The position numbers were made by a program, and so were the translations under genes. This document shows positions 29,471 to 37,984 of a stretch of DNA of 64,000 bases, piece after piece (position 1 is the first letter of the stretch; every line of letters starts with the position of its first letter). Below the pieces are notes generated by a model. The model worked only from the letters and a program-made list of their open reading frames with translations, was not told the origin of the DNA and did not search any database. This DNA is from SAR324 cluster bacterium (GTDB taxonomy: Bacteria > SAR324 > NAC60-12): NCBI GenBank assembly GCA_028281495.1, contig JANQJU010000002.1, positions 4,010 to 68,009 on the forward strand. Reading direction: 5' to 3'.

Positions 29471-29501
29471 AATTTTCATCAATTGAATGCAGGAGAAAAC
29501 T

Positions 29502-29903
29502 ATGAGTAATGGAAACGATCAGTCGTTTGACGAAAAAGGAGATGAAAGCATCATAACTGGTATCAAGGAAAGCTATTACTGGCGGGATGCTTGGATGCGG
29601 GCGGTTGCATATGCATGGCAATCCGATGCAAATAAACTAGAGCTTATGGCGAATCCTGCCAAAGTTCTTCAGCGAGAGTTCAATTACACAATTACCCCCG
29701 GAATTTCCCTCACCGTAAAAGAATATAGTGGCAGTAAAACGTACAGTCCAAAGCCAGGAGTCAACGGCTGGATCGACCTGGAAGACGATCTGGGGGGTGG
29801 GTTGGTTATGATCTTGCCACCAACACCGGATCCCAAGCAGCAGGCAATGGCTTTGGCCGACTTTGACGCTTTGGGGAGAACCTATGTTCACACTTGCGTG
29901 TAA
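29502..29903 (+). CDS. RiPP precursor peptide with a nitrile-hydratase-alpha-like (NHLP-type) leader
   Basis: ATG 29502 is preceded by AGGAGA at a 7-nt spacing (the ORF track opens at 29487). 133 aa. AVAYAWQSDANKLELMANPAKVLQREF, LVMILPPTPDP and LADFDALG resemble NHLP leaders. The C-terminus is RTYVHTCV. Confidence 0.7.
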   Translation: MSNGNDQSFDEKGDESIITGIKESYYWRDAWMRAVAYAWQSDANKLELMANPAKVLQREFNYTITPGISLTVKEYSGSKTYSPKPGVNGWIDLEDDLGGGLVMILPPTPDPKQQAMALADFDALGRTYVHTCV

Positions 29904-30022
29904 ATAGTGATTGCTTTTTGAATAACTAGTTCACGCCAAGTTTATAAGGGGTACTGACCCTGATCTGGGTCATGACAAAGTGGAAGAATCTTCTTTCTAC
30001 CCATCGTTGTAGGAGGAATCCA

Positions 30023-31198
30023 ATGTTCAGGAGAGAGGAAAGACTGATGGATTATCACATTGTTGATGCAGACCGACATGTATCCGAACCCCTTTCTATG
30101 TGGAAGGAGTATCTTCCAAGGAAATATCAGGATCATGCTCCCTACACGGTGAAACGTGAAACTGATGAAACGCTCCTCAGTCGTATGGAACGTTTGGGTG
30201 TCAAAGGGTCCATTCCTTTGTTGCCGGAGTTGTTCATTAAGAATGAACCCGTCTTCAATCATTGGACAGAAGCAGTTCAAATTGAGGTGGCTTTGCAGAG
30301 TGTTGAGTTGGATGCACACCTTCACCAAGCCACTTCGCCCGAAGCTCAAATTCAATCCATGGATGCATCTCGCATCTCCTCAGCTTTCCTCTTTCCAACC
30401 TTAGCCACCCTGATTGTCAACCATGCGCAGGTCGAACCCGATGTTTCTGTAGAGTATGCTAAAGCGTATAACAATTGGTTGTATGATTATTGCTCGGCTC
30501 GCCCTCAGCGTCTGCATGGAGCAGGGTTGATCAGCCGCCATGACCCCTCACAGATGGTGGACGAATTGGAACGTGTTGCCGACTTTGGTTGGACTTGCGT
30601 CGTAATCCGTCCCGAAGTCATTTTAGGCCGTGCTCTTGGACATGCGGATTACGAGTCCTTTTGGTCTCATTGTGAAGCAATGAACATTGCCATTGTATTT
30701 CATGGGAGCACTCACTTGCATGGTTCCACCGTGGGAACGGACCGCTTCACCACACGTTTCGCTTTAGCCGCTTGTTCTCATCCTCTTGAAGCCCAAATGG
30801 CCTTTCTTTCCTTATTGGAGGCTGGGGTGCTGGAACGTCATCCCCGTTTAAAAATCGCCTTTTTAGAATCCGGTGTTTCCTGGCTTCCAGGATGGCTCTG
30901 GCGCTTGGATGAAATTTGTTACAAGCCGATGCCGGGAGAGGTAGAACAAAATATCACCATGCCCCCTTCCGAATATTTCAAACGGCAATGTTGGGCCACC
31001 TTCGAACCCGAAGAACCCTGTCTGCGGGAAGCGATCAACATGGTTGGAGCCGACCGTTTATTGTTTGGCACTGACTTTCCTCATCCGGATCACATCAACC
31101 TGGTTGTGGAACTTCTAGAAGACGACGATTCTCCGCTGAGTCCGGAAGAATTGAAGTTGGTCCTAGAAACCAACCCCAACACCTTTTTCGGAACCTGA
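30023..31198 (+). CDS. Metal-dependent amidohydrolase, PF04909 (amidohydrolase_2) type
   Basis: ATG 30023 has AGGAGG 6 nt upstream (alternatives are 29972 and 30047). HIVDADRHVSEP at the N-terminus. FHGSTH. C-terminal LLFGTDFPHPD. Confidence 0.8.
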   Translation: MFRREERLMDYHIVDADRHVSEPLSMWKEYLPRKYQDHAPYTVKRETDETLLSRMERLGVKGSIPLLPELFIKNEPVFNHWTEAVQIEVALQSVELDAHLHQATSPEAQIQSMDASRISSAFLFPTLATLIVNHAQVEPDVSVEYAKAYNNWLYDYCSARPQRLHGAGLISRHDPSQMVDELERVADFGWTCVVIRPEVILGRALGHADYESFWSHCEAMNIAIVFHGSTHLHGSTVGTDRFTTRFALAACSHPLEAQMAFLSLLEAGVLERHPRLKIAFLESGVSWLPGWLWRLDEICYKPMPGEVEQNITMPPSEYFKRQCWATFEPEEPCLREAINMVGADRLLFGTDFPHPDHINLVVELLEDDDSPLSPEELKLVLETNPNTFFGT

Positions 31199-31230
31199 GC
31201 TTGGGTTCCCTTCACTTGAAAAGGACTAGT

Positions 31231-33180
31231 ATGGAACACAACGTGGAAAACCCAAAATTTGTTTCTGGCTTTGATGTCGAGTCTCTTCGAACGCTTGTTC
31301 CCGAAGCTGGGACACTGCTCATCGTTCCCCCGTTTCTGCGACTCAATGTGGCCCACTTGGGAGTGCATCTCCTTCAAGCTTGTGGACAGAATGCAGGACA
31401 CCCCGTTGCGATCCTGTATGCAAATATTTTATTCGCTCAAGAAATTGGAGAAGATCTGTATCATGCTGTCGCCTTCAGTGCGGAGCAGCACCTGATGGGG
31501 GATCGCGTTTTTGCAAACGCTGCGTACCAAACCCCGCTCTTGGGTAAGGGAGCCAAGGAACAGTTTCGTGACTATCAGGAAGCTGTCTCTTTAGAGAACG
31601 AAGGCTCTTTGATCCTGGACTACTCTCTTCTGTGTCAGGTAGCAGCCCATGCGGAACAGTTCACACAACGACTGGCAGAAACCATAATCACAATTGGTTT
31701 CGACGTGGTGGGATGTACGTCAATGTTCAATCAAAATACAGCCAGTGTTGCCATTCTGAATCGAGTGAAACAAATGGCTCCCCATACCACAACGATCTTG
31801 GGCGGAGCCAACTGTGCCGGAGAAATGGCTGAGGGCATTGCCACTTTGAGCGGCCATATCGATCACATTTTTAGTGGTGAGTCAGAGGAAGTGTTCATCA
31901 AATTCCTCAATGACCGAAAACAAGGCATCCAACCGGAATCCCGAATCATTAACGGTGAAATGCGAATGGATCTCGATAGCTTGCCCACCCCCGACTTTTC
32001 TGACTACTTTCACCAGCTGCGTTCTTCGCAATTGGATATTGATGAAAATCGCATCATTCATCTCACGTATGAAAGCAGCCGCGGGTGCTGGTGGGGGCAA
32101 AAGCACCATTGTACGTTCTGCAGCTTGTTTGAAATGCGCTATCGTATGAAATCCCCGGATCGGGTGATCGAAGAATTGAAACAAGTTCTCAAGCAGTCTC
32201 CTTCCAAACGGATCAGCTTTTCAGACGACATCATGCCCTTTCAATACTTCAAAACCTTGCTGCCACGGCTTAAGAAAGAAGTTCCTGATCTGAAGTTTTT
32301 TATTGACCAAAAAGCCAACCTTTCTTTGAAAAAAGTGAGAGCACTTGCCGATGCGGGGGCCTATGCCCTCCTTCCTGGCATTGAGGCACTTTCTTCTTCC
32401 TTGCTCGAAAAAATGGACAAAGGCACCACCGCTCGGCAAAACATCATGTTGATGCGCTATGCTCGGGCAAATTCGATCTATCTGTTCTGGTACATGTTGC
32501 ACGGGTTTCCAGGAGATACCGAAAAAGACTATGCAGATTACAAAACGCTGATCCCATTGCTTTTTCATTTGAATCCACCCCGGTTTTATCAAGAAATACA
32601 AATCATGCGTCACGGCATGTATGTGTTGGCACCCGAGAAGTATGGCGTGACCAATTTAAGACCGTGGCAGGCCTACTACGATATTCTCCCGGAAACGAGC
32701 GATCATGAGAAAGTCGCGTTTTATTTTGATGGCGATTACAGTGCCATCACTCGCGACAAACCAGAATTGGTAAAGGAGATTGGTGAACTGGCTGCCGAAT
32801 GGCGAAACCAGTGGGCACGACCTGTGGATCAGGTGCCCGCGTTGTATGTCAACCCGATTGAAAGAGATCGCTATCTCTTGATCGATAGTCGAAACTTAAA
32901 AGGAACGGCTTCTTTCCAATTTCTGACCCAGGAGCAAGCTGCTGCCGCCTTAGTTGGGTTTCCCCTCAATCAAATGCCATCGGACTGGGAAATCAAATGG
33001 GGAGTGGAAAATAAAGTTTGTATCGAATTGGATGATTGGGTGGTGCCTCTCGCAACCGCGACACCGGATCTGATGGCTCGATTTGAAGCACACTATCACC
33101 CGAAACGGGCTTCTAGCGTTTCTCAGCTTGTTCCTCAGCAATCATCCCCATCGGTGATTTATGAAGCGGTTGCTTCTTGA
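31231..33180 (+). CDS. B12-binding-domain radical SAM enzyme, RiPP-maturation (putative C-methyltransferase) family
   Basis: ATG 31231 (the track opens at TTG 31201). N-terminal LLIVPPFLRLNVAHLGVHLLQACG...ILYANILFAQEIGEDLY. Cluster motif SSRGCWWGQKHHCTFCS (CX7CX2C). Resembles my recollection of TIGR03975. Confidence 0.75.
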   Translation: MEHNVENPKFVSGFDVESLRTLVPEAGTLLIVPPFLRLNVAHLGVHLLQACGQNAGHPVAILYANILFAQEIGEDLYHAVAFSAEQHLMGDRVFANAAYQTPLLGKGAKEQFRDYQEAVSLENEGSLILDYSLLCQVAAHAEQFTQRLAETIITIGFDVVGCTSMFNQNTASVAILNRVKQMAPHTTTILGGANCAGEMAEGIATLSGHIDHIFSGESEEVFIKFLNDRKQGIQPESRIINGEMRMDLDSLPTPDFSDYFHQLRSSQLDIDENRIIHLTYESSRGCWWGQKHHCTFCSLFEMRYRMKSPDRVIEELKQVLKQSPSKRISFSDDIMPFQYFKTLLPRLKKEVPDLKFFIDQKANLSLKKVRALADAGAYALLPGIEALSSSLLEKMDKGTTARQNIMLMRYARANSIYLFWYMLHGFPGDTEKDYADYKTLIPLLFHLNPPRFYQEIQIMRHGMYVLAPEKYGVTNLRPWQAYYDILPETSDHEKVAFYFDGDYSAITRDKPELVKEIGELAAEWRNQWARPVDQVPALYVNPIERDRYLLIDSRNLKGTASFQFLTQEQAAAALVGFPLNQMPSDWEIKWGVENKVCIELDDWVVPLATATPDLMARFEAHYHPKRASSVSQLVPQQSSPSVIYEAVAS

Positions 33181-33204
33181 ACCTCAAAATTATGAAACAC
33201 GCCA

Positions 33205-35358
33205 ATGGATAGTTTAGGTAAAATCGTTCAATGGCATCCGAAATTTTTTGCAAAGGCTTGTTCCCCCAATCAATTTTTTTTGATTGGGGAACAAAACACT
33301 TACCTTCTGCCCCCGTCTCCATTTCATTGGCTTTACCTCAAGCTATCTCAACCTCAATCCGTGACTGAAGCAGTATTAGGAGTGAGTGACTTGGTCGCTC
33401 AAGCGCATTTGCTACATACCTTCAACCACCTCGTTCAAAACAATATTTTGGTCGAAGCCACAGATACAGAGTCTCGATTTTATCGTACTCCTCAGTGGAA
33501 TCGTGAGCCGGTCGTCATTCCTCTGGCCTCTGGAAATCAGTCGATTCACCTGTTGACCCAATTTCCGGAACCGAAACAGTTGACTGATTGGATCCACTCC
33601 ACTCCAATGTTGCATTCGGTTTCGGTGGTGCTTGTGGATGACTATCTCGACCCCCGTCTTGCCTCGATCAACCAACTGTTTATGGAACAAAAGCAGTCGT
33701 GGTTGTTGTGCAAGGTCACAGGTGAACAACCGCTGTTAGGTCCATTGTTCATTCCTAGCATTTCTGGAAATCCCTGTTGGCAATGCTTGGCAACTCGTCT
33801 GCTACACAATCAACCCATGCGGCATTGGATCGAAAGAAAAGAGGAGGCGGGAACTCTCGCGATTCCGATTCGTTATGAAACCCGTCGAATTCAGGAAACC
33901 CTTTTAATCTTTTCTGAGATGCTGCCTCATTGGAGGCAAGATCATCCTGAAACAACACTGCTTGAAACCCAATCCATTCGCCATAGTGTGAGCTATCGTC
34001 CTCAGTGTTGTGCTTGTGGAGACTCTTCTTATTTAAAGCAACGCAATGAGTCCCCTCTTTTGCTTCATAAAACTTTGAAAAGCCATGATTCCGATGGTGG
34101 TTACCGTCCTGTGCCACCCGAGGAAACCGTTTGTCGATTGCAGCCACAGGTCAGCCGTCTGACAGGGGTGATGTATGACTTCCAGAAACTGGATGCCCCC
34201 GAAGGTGCAATTGCCACCTACCGGACCTCCTTTTTTAAGACACCTCACCTTGATCAAGTGACAACCGAAGATTTCATCCAAATCTCCTTAGGTAAGGGAA
34301 TCTCTCCGGTTCAGTCGCAAGCGAGCGCCCTTTGTGAATCCATCGAGCGTTATGCCATTCAATATCAAGGAGACGAACCTTGGGTTTGGAAAACGAGTCA
34401 ACAACTGGGGGATCAAGCGGTTTTGCCCGGCCAATTGGCTCCTTTTAGTGAAAGGCAATACGAAAAATTTCTTGCTTTGCTCGATTCTTCACCGATAGCA
34501 AACCATGCAGTGAAACCGTATTCTTTGGAAGTCCCATTACACTGGACCCCCGCATGGTCACTGAAAGATCACCAAATTCGTTACCTGCCTTTGAGTTATT
34601 GTTTCACAGCAACTCCTTTTCACGAAGAAGTGCTCTATAGCCGATTCAATTCCAACGGTTGTGCCGCAGGAAACACCTTAGAAGATGCCATTCTGCAAGG
34701 TTTTTTGGAGTTGATCGAAAGAGATGCTGCGGCCATGTGGTGGTATAATAAAACTCCGCGTCCTTCAGTCGATTTGCAGGGCTTGCCTTTGGCATCGCTT
34801 CAGCGCATCGAACAGACCTTAGTGCAAAACTGGAGTTATTGGGTTTTGGATCTGACCAACGATTTTCAAATTCCCGTAATGGTGGCCATTGGTCAACATC
34901 GGGAAACTCAATATTATCGATTTGGATTTGGCTGCCATTTAGATCCGATCTTGGCTTGCCAACGGGCGCTCACTGAATTGTGTCAATTGATCGCAATCAA
35001 TCAACCGAGCAACGAACTGTTCGACTTTGAAAGTGTCCTACCAGAACCTTTTTTAACCTCAGAAAACGATCTGCCCGTTCAAAAATTGTCAAATTATGCC
35101 CCCCTCTCCCACTCCGATATCAAAGAAGATGTTTTCTATTGTGTTGATCAAGCCCAGCGGCTTGGAATGGACACATTGGTAGTAAACAATACCCGCCCCG
35201 ACGTGGAACTTCATACAGTCAAGGTGGTGGTTCCTGGTCTTTGTCATATCTGGCCTCAGTTGGCCAATTCTCGTCTTTATGAAACGCCACTTCGTTTGGG
35301 GTGGAGTTCCACACGATTGACCGAAGAACAGCTCAATCCTCTGCCTCTTTTTGTATGA
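33205..35358 (+). CDS. Fused E1/ThiF-like leader-binding domain and YcaO cyclodehydratase (SagC/SagD-type fusion)
   Basis: 717 aa. N-terminal half has GPLFIPSISGNPCWQCLATRLLHN. YcaO half has SLGKGISPVQSQASALCESIERY and GCAAGNTLEDAILQGFLELIERDA. The C-terminus is NPLPLFV. Confidence 0.85.
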   Translation: MDSLGKIVQWHPKFFAKACSPNQFFLIGEQNTYLLPPSPFHWLYLKLSQPQSVTEAVLGVSDLVAQAHLLHTFNHLVQNNILVEATDTESRFYRTPQWNREPVVIPLASGNQSIHLLTQFPEPKQLTDWIHSTPMLHSVSVVLVDDYLDPRLASINQLFMEQKQSWLLCKVTGEQPLLGPLFIPSISGNPCWQCLATRLLHNQPMRHWIERKEEAGTLAIPIRYETRRIQETLLIFSEMLPHWRQDHPETTLLETQSIRHSVSYRPQCCACGDSSYLKQRNESPLLLHKTLKSHDSDGGYRPVPPEETVCRLQPQVSRLTGVMYDFQKLDAPEGAIATYRTSFFKTPHLDQVTTEDFIQISLGKGISPVQSQASALCESIERYAIQYQGDEPWVWKTSQQLGDQAVLPGQLAPFSERQYEKFLALLDSSPIANHAVKPYSLEVPLHWTPAWSLKDHQIRYLPLSYCFTATPFHEEVLYSRFNSNGCAAGNTLEDAILQGFLELIERDAAAMWWYNKTPRPSVDLQGLPLASLQRIEQTLVQNWSYWVLDLTNDFQIPVMVAIGQHRETQYYRFGFGCHLDPILACQRALTELCQLIAINQPSNELFDFESVLPEPFLTSENDLPVQKLSNYAPLSHSDIKEDVFYCVDQAQRLGMDTLVVNNTRPDVELHTVKVVVPGLCHIWPQLANSRLYETPLRLGWSSTRLTEEQLNPLPLFV

Positions 35359-35451
35359 GGTATTCCTTCACGGTTGAACAAATTTCTATTGGGATCACTC
35401 CACCAAGCAAAACCGCGTGATTTTGGTGTGGCTGATCTATCTTCAAGAAAA

Positions 35452-35489
35452 TAGGATATTCCTAAAATATTGGCGTTAGGAATATCCTA
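35452..35489. promoter_or_regulatory. Perfect 14-bp inverted repeat TAGGATATTCCTAA-N10-TTAGGAATATCCTA between the YcaO gene and the FHA-GAF gene
   Basis: Read directly. Each arm is itself nearly palindromic (AGGATATTCCT). No U-tract follows on the plus strand. Confidence 0.45.
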
Positions 35490-35614
35490 AAAAGGCATTT
35501 TTGCTTCGCATTTCTTGGATTGTTGCTATTATATTTCAATTGGCTCCTTAGACCGATAGTTAAACCCTATTTCCGGACAGTTAGAGTAAGATACGAAATC
35601 CCGAGGAAGTTGGA

Positions 35615-37252
35615 ATGCCGAAACTACATATAGAATTTAGTGATTCGGAAAGTTTGAGCTACGAAATACCCACCGACAAAGAGGTCGTCAAATTGGGGCG
35701 CATTTCGACCAATGATGTAGTGCTTCTTCACCCGCGAGTTTCACGACGCCACTTTGAGATCCATAAAGTTCAAGAAGGGTATATGCTGCAAGATCTAGGT
35801 AGTTCCAATGGTACTTTTTTGAATGGAGAGCGGGTGAATCAACAACTTTTGAAACACAAAGATCGCATTCAAATCGCGTCTATCTGGCTTTCTTTTATCC
35901 ATTCTTCTGAAGAAATGGATGTGGTTTTCCCTAATGTTTCTCATGCGAAATCGATGAAGGCGTTGATGTCGCTTCAGCCGTTTTCAGATCAGGATAACGC
36001 GAATATTTTATTAACTCCCACACAATCCAATTTTAATGAAAGCGAAATCGCTCCAATATTGGAAAGAAACAATAAGATCCTCTATATTCTGTATCGATTG
36101 AGTCAAAAATTACCCCAAATGTCTCAATTTGATGACCTACTAGACGCCGTTTTAGATCTTATTTTGGAAGTCGTTACTGCTGATTTTGGCTTCATCGCTA
36201 CTCTGGATGAATATAAAAACGATTTAACTCCTCAAGTGATCAAGTCACAAAAAGGAAACCCCGATTCAACAGATGCCACTCAGATAAGTCCTGATCTGTT
36301 TAAGAGGGTAATTAGGGGCCGATCTTCTGTTTTGTTGGGGACTCCCAAAGTGGGTCCAAAGAACGGGACTCCACCGGGAGTATCCAATGCCGAAACGGCT
36401 ATTGTTACACCGCTGTGGTATCAACAACGCGTGGTGGGTTTGATCAAGTTGCATCGTTTTGGCACAACCTCTCCGTTTACTAAAAAAGAACTCACTCTTG
36501 TCCATTCGCTCAGCCAGCATGTCGGGGTCGAGGTGGATCCGACCCAATTTTCTGAAACCCTTCACCTCAAGGAGTCCTTGAAGCAAGCATCCGCGCAAAT
36601 TCAACAGCAAGACCAGCATTTGGAAGCTCTGGCTTCTAAACTTTCCAAATTCCTTGCTCCTCAAGTATATGATTTGATCTTCAGTAAAGATAACATCACG
36701 CCTCTCAAAACACAGCGTAGGCGGCTTATCCTGTTTTGTTCTGAAGTGGTGGATTTTGGTGATCAGGTACAATCGAAAGAACCCGAAGTGTTGACCAATT
36801 GGTTCAACAGCTATCTGAATGAAATGATGCATCTCCTTTTGCATCACGGTGGCACTTTAGCGACGGTGGTGGGAGATTCGCTGCTCGTGTTCTTTGGATC
36901 TGCCGCCGATTCCAATACTCAAAATGATGCCATCGATTGTGTCAACATGGCGATCGAAATGAGATCTCGTGCGCATTCACTGGGGGTCAAAATTCGATCA
37001 GGAATCAGTACCGGAATGTGCGCGTTGGGGCAGTTTGGCAGTAAAACCCGTATGGACTACATGCCTTTGGGAGAACCCGTACAACTTGCTTCCCAGCTGA
37101 AAGACAGTGCTGCTCCTGGTCAAATCTTGATTTCAGACTCTACCTTCCAATACGTCAAATCTAAGATCCCTTGTCACTCAATACCTCACCTTTCCTATCG
37201 CTCGGCAATCCCGTCAGGACCCGTTCACTCTGTAGAATGGAACGAAGCTTGA
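35615..37252 (+). CDS. FHA-GAF-cyclase-homology-domain protein (the cyclase domain is probably catalytically altered)
   Basis: 545 aa. FHA: KLGRISTNDVVLLHPRVSRRHFEI...DLGSSNGTFLNGERV. GAF: LDLILEVVTADFGFIATL...VVGLIKLHRF. CHD: RRRLILFCSEVVDFG, VVGDSLLVFFG, LGEPVQLASQL. Confidence 0.85.
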   Translation: MPKLHIEFSDSESLSYEIPTDKEVVKLGRISTNDVVLLHPRVSRRHFEIHKVQEGYMLQDLGSSNGTFLNGERVNQQLLKHKDRIQIASIWLSFIHSSEEMDVVFPNVSHAKSMKALMSLQPFSDQDNANILLTPTQSNFNESEIAPILERNNKILYILYRLSQKLPQMSQFDDLLDAVLDLILEVVTADFGFIATLDEYKNDLTPQVIKSQKGNPDSTDATQISPDLFKRVIRGRSSVLLGTPKVGPKNGTPPGVSNAETAIVTPLWYQQRVVGLIKLHRFGTTSPFTKKELTLVHSLSQHVGVEVDPTQFSETLHLKESLKQASAQIQQQDQHLEALASKLSKFLAPQVYDLIFSKDNITPLKTQRRRLILFCSEVVDFGDQVQSKEPEVLTNWFNSYLNEMMHLLLHHGGTLATVVGDSLLVFFGSAADSNTQNDAIDCVNMAIEMRSRAHSLGVKIRSGISTGMCALGQFGSKTRMDYMPLGEPVQLASQLKDSAAPGQILISDSTFQYVKSKIPCHSIPHLSYRSAIPSGPVHSVEWNEA

Positions 37253-37299
37253 ATTCCTTTTGGAAAGTTATTTTCTCCACTCCTTTCCTTGAGGTTGCA

Positions 37300-37761
37300 A
37301 TGAAACAGTTCTTTGTCGCTGTAGTCTTTTGTTTTGTCAGTTCGCTGGCTTTTGCCTCTGCTTCAATTAGTGTGTCTATTCTGGATCGTGCCAACTCGGA
37401 ATTTGATTCTTTCCGGCAACAATTTCATAGCATTGTGCGTACTGTGGGACCTACCCGTGAAGGGCGTCGCTTGCAACACTTCGTTCAAGTGATTGATCAA
37501 TTGAAACGTGAAATCTGGATGGCGAAACAGCTTCTTCAAATCAAAGATGCGGTTAAAAATGAAGTCGACCGTCCTGTAGTCCGTTATATGGTTTTGCAAA
37601 GCTTCAACGATCTTGTTGCAGCAGTTGATGCCGCCGTGCAGACGGTGAACTCCGATTTACGTCATGCCTCCAACAAACGAGTACTCCATCGCGGCAAAGA
37701 CTTTGCCGAATTTCTCAAGGTCTATCAGCAAGGTCTGAAGGTGATTCAGACTCATATTTGA
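37300..37761 (+). CDS. Secreted hypothetical protein
   Basis: Internal ATG 37300 gives MKQFFVAVVFCFVSSLAFASA, a signal peptide. 153 aa, helical, no domain recognised. Confidence 0.55.
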   Translation: MKQFFVAVVFCFVSSLAFASASISVSILDRANSEFDSFRQQFHSIVRTVGPTREGRRLQHFVQVIDQLKREIWMAKQLLQIKDAVKNEVDRPVVRYMVLQSFNDLVAAVDAAVQTVNSDLRHASNKRVLHRGKDFAEFLKVYQQGLKVIQTHI

Positions 37762-37984
37762 TATCGACACGCATTCGATGGCTAGCCAACGTGGTTCATT
37801 TCAAAAAACGTTGGCACACACAGCCAAATTTTTGGCGTTTCCGATCATTCCAAGCTTTCCCTGCCCCTTGTAAACTCAATGCCGTCAATCCCTGAAGCAC
37901 ACCAGTGAATAACTGCGCTGTCTCTTCATTTTTTTACTGCTGAAAGCGTTCGGGTTTGGTTCAAACCGGTTTCAAGGAGTTCGT

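Noticed and set aside
29955-29972. Short hairpin TGACCC-tgatct-GGGTCA between the precursor and amidohydrolase genes, considered as a precursor/enzyme ratio attenuator
   Set aside because: It has only a 6-bp stem and no U-tract. It also overlaps one of the possible amidohydrolase start codons. It is too weak to claim.
29972-30022. Longer amidohydrolase start at 29972 (ORF track)
   Set aside because: The extra 17 residues (MTKWKNLLSTHRCRRNP) lack an RBS, whereas ATG 30023 has AGGAGG at ideal spacing. Family members normally begin a few residues before the IVDADRH motif. ATG 30047 remains an alternative.
24295-37252. Possibility that the FHA/kinase/RiPP block is a horizontally acquired island or mobile element
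   Set aside because: I saw no integrase, transposase, tRNA target or flanking direct repeats. Composition does not look different from the neighbours by eye. The idea cannot be supported without computed GC and codon statistics.
37786-37833. TTGGCAC at 37811 considered as a -24 element; overlapping hairpins CCAACGT-N15-ACGTTGG and TTGGC-N7-GCCAA followed by TTTTT
   Set aside because: There is no TTGC at the correct distance, so it is not a sigma-54 promoter. As a terminator the stems are only 5-7 bp and mutually exclusive. It is possibly a weak terminator for the 37300..37761 gene, but too weak to annotate.
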